Source: an uncultured Limibaculum sp.
GTDB taxonomy: Bacteria > Pseudomonadota > Alphaproteobacteria > Rhodobacterales > Rhodobacteraceae
Assembly: GCA_964406355.1 (NCBI GenBank)
Contig: CAYORO010000002.1
Location: 4,266 to 68,265 of the forward strand
Direction of reading: 5' to 3'
Length of the DNA: 64,000 nucleotides
The position numbers and the translations under genes were made by a program. Positions 29,497-39,653 of the stretch are shown here, piece by piece; within the stretch, counting starts at the first letter, position 1; the number at the start of each line of letters is the position of its first letter. A model generated the notes under the pieces. It saw nothing but the letters and a program-made list of their open reading frames with translations, did not search any database and was not told the DNA's origin.

Positions 29497-30861
29497 CTAC
29501 AGAACCCCCCGGCTTGAGCGTTCGAGCAGCGCCATCAGCGCGGTGTCGTCGTAGCGCGCCATCGAGAAGGCGGGCGCATAGCCCGGCAGGCTGCCGCCAA
29601 CCACCCAGGCGGCGCAAAGCTCTCCGGCCGCGCAGGCCGCCATGGTGCCGAAGCCCGAATGTGCACAGTTCATAAAGGCGCCGTCGGGCCCCATCGGACC
29701 GATCAGCGGCCAGTTCTCCGCGGTCATGGTGTACCAGCCGCCATAGTGGTGGGATCGCGCCGGCAGCCGCCCGTAGTAGCGCTTCAGCGCCGCGTTCAGC
29801 CGCGCGGCCCCGCGGAGCACGATCTCGGGAAAGCTGTCCGAAAGCGGCGGGTCCCAGCTTGCCCTTGCCGGATCGTCGTTGAAGGCCCAGCCGAGCTTGA
29901 CCCAGCTGCCGCCGTCGCCTCCGTCGGGCCGGCAGTGGATCGACCCGCGGAGCGTCTCCGCGAGCCAGGCGAGCTCGGGATCTTCCCGCAGCACCCGGCG
30001 CTCGTCATCGGTCCAATCGATCCTTTGCGGGTCGAGGTCGATCGCAAAGGGCATGTCCCGCGCGATTGCCCGCGCGCTGTCCTCAAAGGCGATCTTTTGC
30101 TGGAAGACGTTGCGGATCGGCAGATCGACGCCGAGCATCTCGGCGATATCCCCAGCAAAGGGACCGGCCGCGTTGACGATGCGGTCGACGGCGAGCGGGC
30201 GGTGTCCCTCCGGGCCCCGGAGCGCCAGCCGAAAGGGCGCGGCGTGCTCGATCGCCTCAACCGTCGCGGTCAGCCGCCTGCCGCCGGCCATGCGGAACCG
30301 CTCGAGCAGGACCGCTCCCAGCTGCTGCCCGCTGATATCGCCGCCGCGCCGGATATGAACAACCGTGCGGATCTCCGGATCGAACGAGGGGAAGCTCGTG
30401 CGGATGAGCGCCGGGTCGCGCAGGATGTCGACACCGTCGGGCGCCGCCTCCCAGTCCGCCGAGACCGGTGGGCGATAGCGGGCGCGTGTGCCGGGCTCAT
30501 GGACCCGCACGCAGGCCTCGGCCCGGTCGCCGAGGCCGAAGGCCAGCTGCTCCAGCAACCCGTCGATCTCGGTGTCCCGGGTTGCGAGGACATAGCCGCG
30601 GCGCGACATCGCGATGCGGTTGCCGGTCTCCTTCGCGAAAGCCTCCATCAGGTCGATGGAGCGATCCGTGAAGTTCACCATGGTCGGATGCGGCCACCAG
30701 TTGCGGTAGTTCTCGCCGGATTGTGCGGAGGTGAACCCCATGGGCTGGCCGGCATCGATCAGCACCACCTCGCGCTGGCCGTGCCCAACCGCCAGGGCAT
30801 GGGCCGTGGCGATCCCGATAATCCCCGCGCCGATGACCGCGATCTCCGCCCGATCGGTCAG
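29497..30861 (-). CDS. FAD-dependent oxidoreductase (DAO family), probable CTG start
   Basis: In-frame GAGIIG Rossmann motif lies upstream of the first GTG; NAAGPFA, PLIGP, SGFG motifs. Confidence 0.8.
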   Translation of the reverse strand: MTDRAEIAVIGAGIIGIATAHALAVGHGQREVVLIDAGQPMGFTSAQSGENYRNWWPHPTMVNFTDRSIDLMEAFAKETGNRIAMSRRGYVLATRDTEIDGLLEQLAFGLGDRAEACVRVHEPGTRARYRPPVSADWEAAPDGVDILRDPALIRTSFPSFDPEIRTVVHIRRGGDISGQQLGAVLLERFRMAGGRRLTATVEAIEHAAPFRLALRGPEGHRPLAVDRIVNAAGPFAGDIAEMLGVDLPIRNVFQQKIAFEDSARAIARDMPFAIDLDPQRIDWTDDERRVLREDPELAWLAETLRGSIHCRPDGGDGGSWVKLGWAFNDDPARASWDPPLSDSFPEIVLRGAARLNAALKRYYGRLPARSHHYGGWYTMTAENWPLIGPMGPDGAFMNCAHSGFGTMAACAAGELCAAWVVGGSLPGYAPAFSMARYDDTALMALLERSSRGVL

Positions 30862-30940
30862 TTGGTCCTCCCTCCCGGACCGGGGCCCGCATCGGCCACT
30901 CCGCAGCGACCACCGGAAGATTGGATTTGATTGTGGTGCA

Positions 30941-30952
30941 ATCGTATACGAT
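30941..30952. promoter_or_regulatory. GntR/FadR-type operator
   Basis: Perfect palindrome ATCGTATACGAT between divergent DAO gene and GntR. Confidence 0.65.
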
Positions 30953-30989
30953 ATTCAACCGCCTGTCGCACAAGATCGGAGGCTTTCGC

Positions 30990-31682
30990 ATGAGACCGGC
31001 AAGCGCCGCAGAGCGCGCTCCGGCTGCATCGAGCGCGGTTCACCGGGCGCTGAGGGCCGAGATCCTCGAGGGGCGCGTCGAGGGCGGCGCGCCCCTCCGC
31101 CAGGACGAGATCGCCGAGCGCTTCGGCGTCAGCAAGATCCCGGTGCGCGAGGCCCTGCGCCGGCTCGAGAGCGAGGGGCTTGTCGAATTCCGGCCCCGCC
31201 GCGGCGCCATCGTCCGGCAGCTCCCCGATGCCGAGGTGCTCGAGCTGATCGATGTGCGGCTGGCGCTCGAATGCCGGGCCTTGGAATTGGCCGTCCCGCA
31301 GATGATCGAGCAGGACCTCCGCCTCGCCCGGCAGATCCAGGCGGACTATGCCCGCGAGACCGATCGTACGCGCTGGAGCGAGCTCAATCTGCGCTTCCAC
31401 CATGCGCTGCTCGAACCCTGCGCCAACCACACGCTGCTGTCGCTGCTGGCGAATATCGAACAGCGCATGGGTGCCGTCACGCGGCTGCGGGTGACCCGGA
31501 TCAGCGGGCTCGACCGGCCGGTGAAGGAGCACGAGGCGATCCTCGAGGCCTGCGCTGCGGGAGACACCGCCGCGGCCGTGGCCCAACTGCGCGCCCATAT
31601 CGAGACCACGCGCAAGGAATTCGCGGCATTCCTGCGCCGGAGGTCTGCGGGGGATGCCCGCTCCGACGAGGGACCGCCATGA
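30990..31682 (+). CDS. GntR family regulator (FCD)
   Basis: FGVSKIPVREAL HTH, NLRFH, EH..HI; GGAGG RBS. Confidence 0.92.
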   Translation: MRPASAAERAPAASSAVHRALRAEILEGRVEGGAPLRQDEIAERFGVSKIPVREALRRLESEGLVEFRPRRGAIVRQLPDAEVLELIDVRLALECRALELAVPQMIEQDLRLARQIQADYARETDRTRWSELNLRFHHALLEPCANHTLLSLLANIEQRMGAVTRLRVTRISGLDRPVKEHEAILEACAAGDTAAAVAQLRAHIETTRKEFAAFLRRRSAGDARSDEGPP

Positions 31683-33730
31683 CCTCCCCCTACAAGGCGC
31701 TCTTCGAGCCCTTCACGCTCGGGCATCTGCGCCTCAAGAACCGCATCATCAGCACCAGCCACGCCCCGGCCTATGCCGAGGACGGGATGCCGGGCCCGCG
31801 CTACCAGCGCTACCACGAGGAGAAGGCGCGGGGCGGGCTGGCGCTGACGATGTTCGGCGGGTCCTCGTCGGTGTCGACGGACTCGCCGCCCTCCTTCGGC
31901 CAGCTCCAGCTCGGCGAGGACCGCGTGGTGGCGCATCTCAGCGCCTTCGCCGACCGCATCCATGCCCATGGTGTCGGGCTGATCTGCCAGATCAGCCATG
32001 CCGGGCGCCGGACGCGGCCGACCGCGGGCAACTGGGTGCCGACTGTCGCACCCTCGCCGCTGCGCGAGCCGGCCCATGGCGCCGTGCCGAAGGCGCTTGA
32101 GGTCTCGGAGATCCGCCGGATCGTCGGCGACTATGCGGCCGCGGCCCGGCGCTGCGCCGAGGGCGGGCTCGACGGGGTGGAGGTGCTCGCCTCGGGCCAT
32201 CTGGTCGGGCAGTTCTGGAGCCCGCTCTCGAACCAGCGGAGCGATGCCTATGGCGGGTGCTTCGAGAACCGGATCCGGTTCGGCCTCGAGGTGCTCGAGG
32301 CGATCCGCGCCGCCACGCCCGAGCGCTTCATCGTCAGCCTGCGCTTCACCGCCAATGAAGGTGTCGAGGGTGGTATCGACGAGGCGGAGGGGATCGCGAT
32401 CGCCGTCGCCTATGCCCGCTCCGGGCTGCTCGACTGCCTGAATGTCTCCGGCGGGGCCAACTGGACCAAGGCGGGCGTCGCCGAGACGGTGCCGTCGATG
32501 GCCTTCGCCGGCGGTCGCTTCGTCGAGCTGGCCGGCAAGGTGCGCCGGGCGACCGGGCTCCCGGTGCTCCATGCGGCAGGCGTGGCCGATCTCGCGATCG
32601 CGCACCATGCCGTGGCGGAGGGTCACGTCGATCTGATCGGCATGACCCGCGCGCAGATCGCCGATCCGCATCTGGTCGCCAAGCATCTCAAGGGCGAGGA
32701 CGCCGCGATCCGTCCCTGCGTCGGCGCCGGCTACTGCATCGACCGGATCTACCGGGGCGGCGACGCGCTCTGCCTGCACAACCCGGTCACCGGGCGTGAG
32801 GGGCTGCTCTCGCATCGGCTGTCGCCGAGCCCGACGTCGCTGCGGGCCGTCGTCGTCGGGGCGGGGCCCGCCGGGCTCGAAGCGGCGCGCACCCTCGCCG
32901 AGCGCGGCCACCGCGTCGATGTGCTGGAGGCGCTGGCGAACCCCGGCGGTCAGGTGACCCATGCCGCCCGCATCCCGTGGAGGCGAGACATGAGCGGCAT
33001 CACGCGCTGGCTATACGCGCGCTGCGAGGGGCTGGGGGTCGCGTTCCATTTCAACTGCTTCGCCGAGCCGGAGGACATCCTGGCCCGCGCGCCCGACATC
33101 GTGGTGCTCGCGACCGGCGGCCTGCCGCAGATGGGCACCATCGCAGGGGCGGAGGCCCATGCCACCACGGTCTGGGACGCGCTCTCGGGTGCGATGTCAG
33201 CCGAGGGCCGGGTGCTGGTCTATGACGAGACCGGCAGCCAGAGCGGCCCCACCTGCGCCGAGCACCTCGCGGCGGCCGGAGCCGCGGTGGATCTGATCAC
33301 GCCCGATCGCATGATCGCTGAGGATGTCGGCGTCACCAACTACGCGATCCATCTGCGCAACCTCGATGATCTGGGCGTCGAGATCATTACGGATCTGAGG
33401 CTCGAGGAGATCGAGCCCGAGGGCAACCGGCTCCGCGGTCGCTTTGCCCATGAGTACAGCTCCCGCCGGCTTCTGCGCGACTATGACGGGATCGTCGTCG
33501 ATGTCGGGACGGTTCCCGACGAGACGCTCTACGAGGCCCTGGTGCCGGGCTCGGTCAATTCCGGTCAGACCGATCAGGCCAGCCTCCTGGCGGGGCAGCG
33601 CCAGCCGAGCCTTGATGGGATCGACGGGGCGGTCGGGCGCTACGCGCTGTTCCGGGTCGGGGATTGCGTCTCGGCGCGCGGCATCCACGCGGCTGCGCTC
33701 GATGCGGCCCGCCTCTGCCAACCGATCTAG
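31679..33730 (+). CDS. NADH:flavin oxidoreductase (N-methylproline/DMG demethylase StcD/HpbA/DgcA-like)
   Basis: KNRIISTSHAPAY, YHEEKARGG, CVGAGYC-x10-C, GAGPAG; ATGA overlap. Confidence 0.82.
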   Translation: MTSPYKALFEPFTLGHLRLKNRIISTSHAPAYAEDGMPGPRYQRYHEEKARGGLALTMFGGSSSVSTDSPPSFGQLQLGEDRVVAHLSAFADRIHAHGVGLICQISHAGRRTRPTAGNWVPTVAPSPLREPAHGAVPKALEVSEIRRIVGDYAAAARRCAEGGLDGVEVLASGHLVGQFWSPLSNQRSDAYGGCFENRIRFGLEVLEAIRAATPERFIVSLRFTANEGVEGGIDEAEGIAIAVAYARSGLLDCLNVSGGANWTKAGVAETVPSMAFAGGRFVELAGKVRRATGLPVLHAAGVADLAIAHHAVAEGHVDLIGMTRAQIADPHLVAKHLKGEDAAIRPCVGAGYCIDRIYRGGDALCLHNPVTGREGLLSHRLSPSPTSLRAVVVGAGPAGLEAARTLAERGHRVDVLEALANPGGQVTHAARIPWRRDMSGITRWLYARCEGLGVAFHFNCFAEPEDILARAPDIVVLATGGLPQMGTIAGAEAHATTVWDALSGAMSAEGRVLVYDETGSQSGPTCAEHLAAAGAAVDLITPDRMIAEDVGVTNYAIHLRNLDDLGVEIITDLRLEEIEPEGNRLRGRFAHEYSSRRLLRDYDGIVVDVGTVPDETLYEALVPGSVNSGQTDQASLLAGQRQPSLDGIDGAVGRYALFRVGDCVSARGIHAAALDAARLCQPI

Positions 33731-33777
33731 CGCGCGCGGTCCGACGGCCGCGAAGGCCCCGCCGCAGCGATCCGGCC

Positions 33778-34338
33778 TCACTCGGCCTTGCTCGTCCTGC
33801 GCGCGATCACGCGACCTTCGAGGGAGAAGGAGATGCCTTGGGTGCCGCTGCCCCCGATCATGATCGCCAGGATGAGCGGGCTGCACGCGGCGCGCTCCGA
33901 TCTCCAGTCGACGATGTAGTTGGCGCCGATGCCGCCGCGGTCGTCGGTCAGCTCCGTGAGATAGCTGAGCGAGGCGAAGGGCGGGAGCGGCCCGTTGTCG
34001 TCGCCGCCGAGCTCCGACACCTGTGCCCCCGTCTCGTCATGGTAGCTCACCCGGGTCACCTCGATGGAGGCCTCGGGATCGACATTGTGAATGACGAGGG
34101 TCGAGGCGAGCGGCTGGCGCTGGCGCTCATGGGTGTGGATCCGGGAGAAGGCGGGCACATAGACCGTCTCGGCGACGGCGCGGGTGCAGGCGCCCTCGGG
34201 AGATGTCGCGTCCTCGGCCCCGCTCGACGCGGTGAGGCCCAGCACAAGGGCTGCGGCAGCGACGGGCAGCGCGGCGCGGCGCCGCCTCGGCGCAGGCGGC
34301 GTCATCGGCTCCGGCGCGGTCCCGGGATTGCGGGTCAT
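33778..34338 (-). CDS. DUF3124 family exported protein
   Basis: VYVPAFS, STLVIHNVD, GGIGANYIVDW, QGISF. Confidence 0.75.
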   Translation of the reverse strand: MTRNPGTAPEPMTPPAPRRRRAALPVAAAALVLGLTASSGAEDATSPEGACTRAVAETVYVPAFSRIHTHERQRQPLASTLVIHNVDPEASIEVTRVSYHDETGAQVSELGGDDNGPLPPFASLSYLTELTDDRGGIGANYIVDWRSERAACSPLILAIMIGGSGTQGISFSLEGRVIARRTSKAE

Positions 34339-34625
34339 CGGGGTCTCCTCTCGATCCGCGGCGCCGACGGACAGGGCCGGCACCACGAGGATATCGCCCT
34401 GGGAGGGCGGCTGCGAGCATGGGGCTCCCCGTTTCCGCCCGGCCAGCCGGGCCCCCGGACCGCGACCGGTGCCGATCTCAGAGGTGGCGCGGAGCTGCTG
34501 GGTGCGAGCGGCACATGGCGGGGTCTCGCGTCTCGGGGGTGGATGCGCTGGACTGCGGGGTGGATGTTGCGATGCCACCCTCGCCGGGTGCGGCGGGAAC
34601 CGCCACACCCGTCATCGCCTGACCC

Positions 34626-37091
34626 TCAGATCCCCTTAGGGAATTCGAGCGCCTTGAAGCTGATCTCGTCCGCACCCGGCGCCCGTCCGATGCGGCGGAT
34701 ATCGGCCCAGACATTCTTGTAGTTGGGGATCATCAGCTCGTTGGTGTGCTCGCTGATCACGTTGCCGACCTGGCCGAGCGGCGAGCAGAAGAGCATGAAG
34801 CACTCGCCGGGCCGCGCCGTCGCCACCGGATAGACCATCGCCTGGGTCGAGCCGACATCGTTCCACACCTCGACGAGATCGCCGGCCTCGAGCCCGAGCT
34901 GCGCCATGTCCTCGGGGCTCATCTCGATTGGCGGGGCCGGGAAGCGCTCCCGCACGAAGGGTGTGCGGATGTCGTAGAAGGCGTTCTGCCAGATCATGTT
35001 CTTTCGGCCGTTGTTGATGAGGAAGGGGAAGCGCTCGCGCTGCGCGGCCCGCCCCTTGGCCTGGAGCCCCCGCCACTCGGCGGCCATGAAATGCGCCTTC
35101 CCGTCGGCGGTGCCGAAGACGCCGTCGGTGTAGAGCCGCGTCGTGCCGACCAGCTTGCCGTCCTCGACGCCGGTGCAGGGCTCCTGCACGCCATTGGTGC
35201 CCATGGCGCGGAGCCGCTCATAGGTCACGTGCTCACCGCCGCCGGCATGGGCGTGGTACCCGTCCATGAAGGCGTCTTCCACGGTCTGCCAGTCGAAACC
35301 CCGGAAGCCGTCGGCCCGCGCATCGTCGCCCGCCGCCCGGAACGACCGCTCGAGATGGTTGGCGAGCCGCGCCGCGATCAGACAGTCGGGCAGCGCCGCG
35401 CCGGGCGGGTCCATGTACTTCTCGGTCAGCCGGAGCCGGCGCTCGCCATTCATCGAGGTCAGGTTCATCTCCCCCGCCGTCGCCGCCGGCAGGATCACAT
35501 GGCAGGCCTCGCCGATCGGGGTCGGGAGAATGTCGACATCGACCGCGAAGAGCCCGCCGCGCCGGATCGCATTGACGATCGCCTCGATCTGCGCCTCCCG
35601 GTCGCCATAGGGGATCGCCTCCATCGCCTCCTTCACGATGTTGGTGCGGCGGCGATAGACGCGGCGGAACTCCTCGGCGTTGAGCGTCGACTTGAAGTGG
35701 TCGGTCGCCCAGATGTGGTGGATGCCGCCCTCGCCGTTGATCAGCAGCTGGTCGACATAGGCCGCGGGCCGGCCGACATGCGCCTCCGAGGGGCGGACAT
35801 AGCCCTCCTGGTGGCCGCCGAGGCGCACGCAGCCCGTGCCCTCGCGCCCGACATTGTGGGTGGCGAAGCAGAGATTCGCCATGGCGGCGTTGGTGCGGTA
35901 GTTGTCGTTGCCCCAGATCAGCCCCTTCTCGTAGCAGAGCATGGTGCGCCGCCGCGCGCCGCCCTCCTTCGGCTCGGCGATCCAGGCGGCCGCCTTGGCG
36001 ATGTCGGCGGGGTCGAGCCCGGTGATGCCGGCCGCCTCCTCGAGGCTCGTCCGGTTGGCGGCCAGCGCCTCGTCGAAGCCCGCGGTATGGGCCGCGATGA
36101 AGTCCTCGGCATGCCATCCCTGCGCGACGATCTCGGTCAGGAGCGCGTTCAGCAGCACGAGGTCGGTGCCGGGTGCGATCGCGAGATGCAGCACGTTCTC
36201 GGCGCCGCCCTCGATCTCGCAGATATTCGTCGTCACGGTGCGGCGGGGGTCAACCATGATCACGCGCGCAGGTTCATGCGGCTCGTCCGGCATCATCGCG
36301 CGCTTCTTGTCCATCGAGATGCCGCGCAGGTTCGGCACCCAATGGGCGAGGAAATAGTTGGTCTGGTTCTCCAGCGGGTTGGCGCCGACGCAGAAGATCG
36401 TGTCTGCCAGCTCGGCGTCCTCATAGGAGTTGTTGAGCTCGCCCATCCCCATATCGCGGGTGGCGTGGACCTCGGAGTTGTAGGCCGGCCGGTTGTGGAT
36501 GCGGATGTTCTTGATCTTCATCGCATCGAAATAGAGCTTGCCGGTGCCCCAGGTGTTCTCATAGCCGCCGGCCGCCCCGCCATGGTCGAAAGCCGAGACG
36601 ATGACGCCGTCCTCGCCCCACTCCTCGACCACGCGGCGGGTGACATCGGCGACCAGCGAGAGGGCGTCGTCCCAGGAGGTCGGCATGTGCTGGGAGTAGC
36701 GCCAGACCAGCGGGTGCGTGAGCCGGTCGGTCATCGTTCCGGTCTGTTCGGAGTAGCGCGTCTCGGCGAGCCGCCCGCCGCGCACCGAGTTGAGCCCCTG
36801 GTTCACCACGCAGTCCGCGTCAGGCTTGATCACCAGATGCACGGGCCGGCCGTCCTGTTGGACGATGTTGTACATCGACGGCTGGAACCACGCCTCGGAT
36901 TCCGCCCCCTGCTGCTCCGAGAGATCGGCGCCGAAGGCATTGTCGCCCGGGGCCGTGCCGCCCTGTCGGCTGAGGTCCCAAGAATAGGCCTTGTAGCCGC
37001 AGCCGACGATGCAGAAATCGCAGGTCACGTTCTGCACCTTGGCATCCTTCGGCGGGATCGGGAGCTGGTCGACACCACGTTTATAGGTCAT
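34626..37091 (-). CDS. aioA: Arsenite oxidase large subunit
   Basis: CxxCIVGCGY 3Fe-4S motif, HNRPAYNSE and GGHQEGY active-site motifs. Confidence 0.95.
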   Translation of the reverse strand: MTYKRGVDQLPIPPKDAKVQNVTCDFCIVGCGYKAYSWDLSRQGGTAPGDNAFGADLSEQQGAESEAWFQPSMYNIVQQDGRPVHLVIKPDADCVVNQGLNSVRGGRLAETRYSEQTGTMTDRLTHPLVWRYSQHMPTSWDDALSLVADVTRRVVEEWGEDGVIVSAFDHGGAAGGYENTWGTGKLYFDAMKIKNIRIHNRPAYNSEVHATRDMGMGELNNSYEDAELADTIFCVGANPLENQTNYFLAHWVPNLRGISMDKKRAMMPDEPHEPARVIMVDPRRTVTTNICEIEGGAENVLHLAIAPGTDLVLLNALLTEIVAQGWHAEDFIAAHTAGFDEALAANRTSLEEAAGITGLDPADIAKAAAWIAEPKEGGARRRTMLCYEKGLIWGNDNYRTNAAMANLCFATHNVGREGTGCVRLGGHQEGYVRPSEAHVGRPAAYVDQLLINGEGGIHHIWATDHFKSTLNAEEFRRVYRRRTNIVKEAMEAIPYGDREAQIEAIVNAIRRGGLFAVDVDILPTPIGEACHVILPAATAGEMNLTSMNGERRLRLTEKYMDPPGAALPDCLIAARLANHLERSFRAAGDDARADGFRGFDWQTVEDAFMDGYHAHAGGGEHVTYERLRAMGTNGVQEPCTGVEDGKLVGTTRLYTDGVFGTADGKAHFMAAEWRGLQAKGRAAQRERFPFLINNGRKNMIWQNAFYDIRTPFVRERFPAPPIEMSPEDMAQLGLEAGDLVEVWNDVGSTQAMVYPVATARPGECFMLFCSPLGQVGNVISEHTNELMIPNYKNVWADIRRIGRAPGADEISFKALEFPKGI

Positions 37092-37102
37092 CTCCGCCTC
37101 CC

Positions 37103-37624
37103 TCAGCTCGACAGGACATTGGCCGTGCGGCCATAGATTAGTTCGTCGACACCCTCGGCGAAGATATCGCCGCTCTCGTCGATGCGGAGATGGAATTTCG
37201 GCAGGCTCTGGTTCGACATGCCGAAGATCTGCTGGCCCTCCATCTCGGCATCGAAGCGCGAGTAGTGGCCCGGGCAGTTCAGCGTCTTGTCGGCGGCGTG
37301 GTAGCCGAGCACGTAGCCCTTATGCGGGCAGAGCACCGAGTAGGCGACGATGTCGCCCTCCGGCCCGGCGCCGCCGGGGACCGCCTGCCCGAGCTTGAGA
37401 AGGACGCCTGGCGAGTCGGCGTCGGGATAGGCAATATCCACCGGCTCGTTCACCCTGAGATCGGCGATGTTGGCAAGCCGATTGGACGGATAGTCGACGC
37501 GCGCACGGGCGGTGGCGCGGTTTGCCGGTGCAACGGTTGCTGCCGCAGCCCCGACCCCCGCTGCGGCCCCGCCGCGGAGAAACTGTCGCCGACCTCGGTC
37601 GACGAGACGATCGCATCTGGACAT
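37103..37624 (-). CDS. aioB: Arsenite oxidase Rieske small subunit
   Basis: GRRQFL Tat signal, CPHKG and CPGH Rieske motifs. Confidence 0.95.
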   Translation of the reverse strand: MSRCDRLVDRGRRQFLRGGAAAGVGAAAATVAPANRATARARVDYPSNRLANIADLRVNEPVDIAYPDADSPGVLLKLGQAVPGGAGPEGDIVAYSVLCPHKGYVLGYHAADKTLNCPGHYSRFDAEMEGQQIFGMSNQSLPKFHLRIDESGDIFAEGVDELIYGRTANVLSS

Positions 37625-37757
37625 TCTTAACTCCCTTGGGCTTGCCATCTGTCGTGGCATCGCTCGGGAGGGATCCGCCTGTGTGTCACCGCCCTGTCAT
37701 CGCACTGAATCAGCCTAGCCATAGGATTGTCATTTGACCAAGCGCAAAGTCGATGGA

Positions 37758-37773
37758 TTCATAAATTCATGAA
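37758..37773. promoter_or_regulatory. Putative ArsR operator overlapping the arsR start
   Basis: TTCAT-N6-ATGAA inverted repeat; TTGACC at 37734. Confidence 0.5.
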
Positions 37774-38635
37774 AAGTTACGATCAGGCCGGTGCGCTCAC
37801 GGCTCTCGGTCACGAGGGCCGCCTCGCCGTTTTCCGACTGCTGGCACGCCGGGCGCCGCATGGTGTGCGCCCCGCGGATATCGCAGGAGCGCTGGGGCTC
37901 AAGGCGAGCACGCTGTCGGTCTACCTTGCGACGCTGGCCCGCGCCGGGCTCGTCACCTCGGAGCGGGCCGGCAAGGCGGTCCTCTATCGGGTCGATCTCG
38001 AGCGCACGGGCCGGCTGATCGACTACCTCGTCTCGGATTGCTGCCGCGGTCGCCCGGAGCTTTGCGAGCCGCTGGCCGCCCATGCGCTCGACCGATTGGA
38101 GAAAGGAGCCTCTTCAATGTCCGACACCCGCTACACGGTTCTCTTCATCTGCACCGGCAATTCGGCGCGCTCGATCTTCGCCGAGGCCATCCTGAGGGAT
38201 CTGGGCGGCTCGAGGTTCCATGCGCACTCGGCCGGCACCAGCCCCCGCTCGCAGCTCAACCCCAACGCGCTCGAGGTGCTGACGCAGGCGGGCCACGACA
38301 TCTCGGTCCTCCGCTCGAAGAACGTCGCGGAGTTCCAGGCCGAGGACGCGCCGCGGCTCGATTTCGTGTTCACCGTCTGCGACCGCGCGGCCAACGAGGA
38401 GTGCCCGCCCTGGCCGGGTCAGCCGATCACCGCGCATTGGGGGATGCCGGACCCGGTCAAGGCCGAGGGCACCGAGGCCGAGCGGGCGCTCGCCTTCCGC
38501 CAAGCCTACACCGCGATGCGCCGACGGCTGGAGAGCTTCGTCGAGCTGCCGATCGAGACGCTCGACCGGATGACGCTCCAGAAGAAGCTCGACGCGATCG
38601 GCACGACTGCCGACACCAGCGCGCAGGCCGGCTGA
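37769..38635 (+). CDS. ArsR-ArsC (LMW-PTP arsenate reductase) fusion
   Basis: ArsR HTH with DCC-x6-C, then CTGNSARS, TVCD, HWGMPDP. Confidence 0.9.
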   Translation: MKSYDQAGALTALGHEGRLAVFRLLARRAPHGVRPADIAGALGLKASTLSVYLATLARAGLVTSERAGKAVLYRVDLERTGRLIDYLVSDCCRGRPELCEPLAAHALDRLEKGASSMSDTRYTVLFICTGNSARSIFAEAILRDLGGSRFHAHSAGTSPRSQLNPNALEVLTQAGHDISVLRSKNVAEFQAEDAPRLDFVFTVCDRAANEECPPWPGQPITAHWGMPDPVKAEGTEAERALAFRQAYTAMRRRLESFVELPIETLDRMTLQKKLDAIGTTADTSAQAG

Positions 38636-38639
38636 CCGC

Positions 38640-39653
38640 ATGGCCCGCATCGCGATCAACGGCCTTGGGCGCATCGGCAAGCTGGTGCTGCGCGCTCTGG
38701 TCCAGGAGGGGACACCGGGGGAGATCGTCCTCCTCAACGACCCGGCCGGCGAACCGGCGCAGCACGCGCTGTTGCTGGAGTTCGACACGGTGCACGGGCG
38801 CTGGCCGGCGGAATTTGGCCACGCTGCGGAGAGCCTGACAGTCAACGGCCGCGAGATGCGGCTCACGCAGGCGACGGCGCTCGACGCGCTGCCGCTCGCC
38901 GAACTCGGCGTCGATCTCGTGCTCGACTGCACCGGCGTCTTCAAGACGGTCGCGAAGACGCGACCCTATTTCGAGGCGGGGGTCGCCAAGGTGATCGTCT
39001 CGGCGCCGATCAAGGAGGCGGGTGCTCTCGATCTCGTCTATGGCGTCAACCACCACTGGTACGACGCCGCGGAGCACCACCTGATCTCCGCGGCGAGCTG
39101 CACCACCAACTGCCTCGCGCCGATGGTGAAGGTGCTGCATGAGGGCATCGGCATCCGCCACGGTTCGATCACCACGATCCACGATGTGACCAACACGCAG
39201 GTGATGGTCGACCGCCCCGCCAAGGATGCGCGGCGCGCGCGCTCGGGGCTGAACTCGCTGATCCCGACGACCACCGGCTCGGCGACTGCGATCACCCGGA
39301 TCTTCCCCGAACTCGAGGGGCGATTGAACGGCCATGCGGTGCGTGTGCCGCTGCTCAACGCGTCGCTGACCGACGCCGTCTTGGAGCTCTCGCGCGCGGT
39401 CACGGTCGAGGAGATCAACGATCTCTATCGCGCGGCCGCCGACGGCCCGCTCGCCGGCATCCTCGGCTATGAGGAGCGCCCGCTCGTCTCGGCCGACTAC
39501 GTCAACGACCCGCGCTCGGCGATCGTCGACGGGCCGAGCACCATGGTCGTCGCCGGCACCCAGGCCAAGGTCTATGGCTGGTACGACAACGAATGGGCCT
39601 ATGCGTGGCGGATGGCGGACCTCGCACGCATGGTCGCGGAGCGCATGGCATGA
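38640..39653 (+). CDS. ArsJ-associated glyceraldehyde-3-phosphate dehydrogenase
   Basis: NGLGRIG, ASCTTNCL, WYDNEW; coupled to arsJ. Confidence 0.92.
   Translation: MARIAINGLGRIGKLVLRALVQEGTPGEIVLLNDPAGEPAQHALLLEFDTVHGRWPAEFGHAAESLTVNGREMRLTQATALDALPLAELGVDLVLDCTGVFKTVAKTRPYFEAGVAKVIVSAPIKEAGALDLVYGVNHHWYDAAEHHLISAASCTTNCLAPMVKVLHEGIGIRHGSITTIHDVTNTQVMVDRPAKDARRARSGLNSLIPTTTGSATAITRIFPELEGRLNGHAVRVPLLNASLTDAVLELSRAVTVEEINDLYRAAADGPLAGILGYEERPLVSADYVNDPRSAIVDGPSTMVVAGTQAKVYGWYDNEWAYAWRMADLARMVAERMA

Noticed and set aside
30731-31678. 999-aa ORF extension
   Set aside because: Shadow frame over gntR; real start is ATG 31679
34626-37624. Iodate reductase idrAB
   Set aside because: AioA-type HNRPAYNSE motif, ars neighbours and no cytochrome c peroxidase genes
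38640-39653. Housekeeping glycolytic gap
   Set aside because: Embedded in the ars operon and coupled to arsJ
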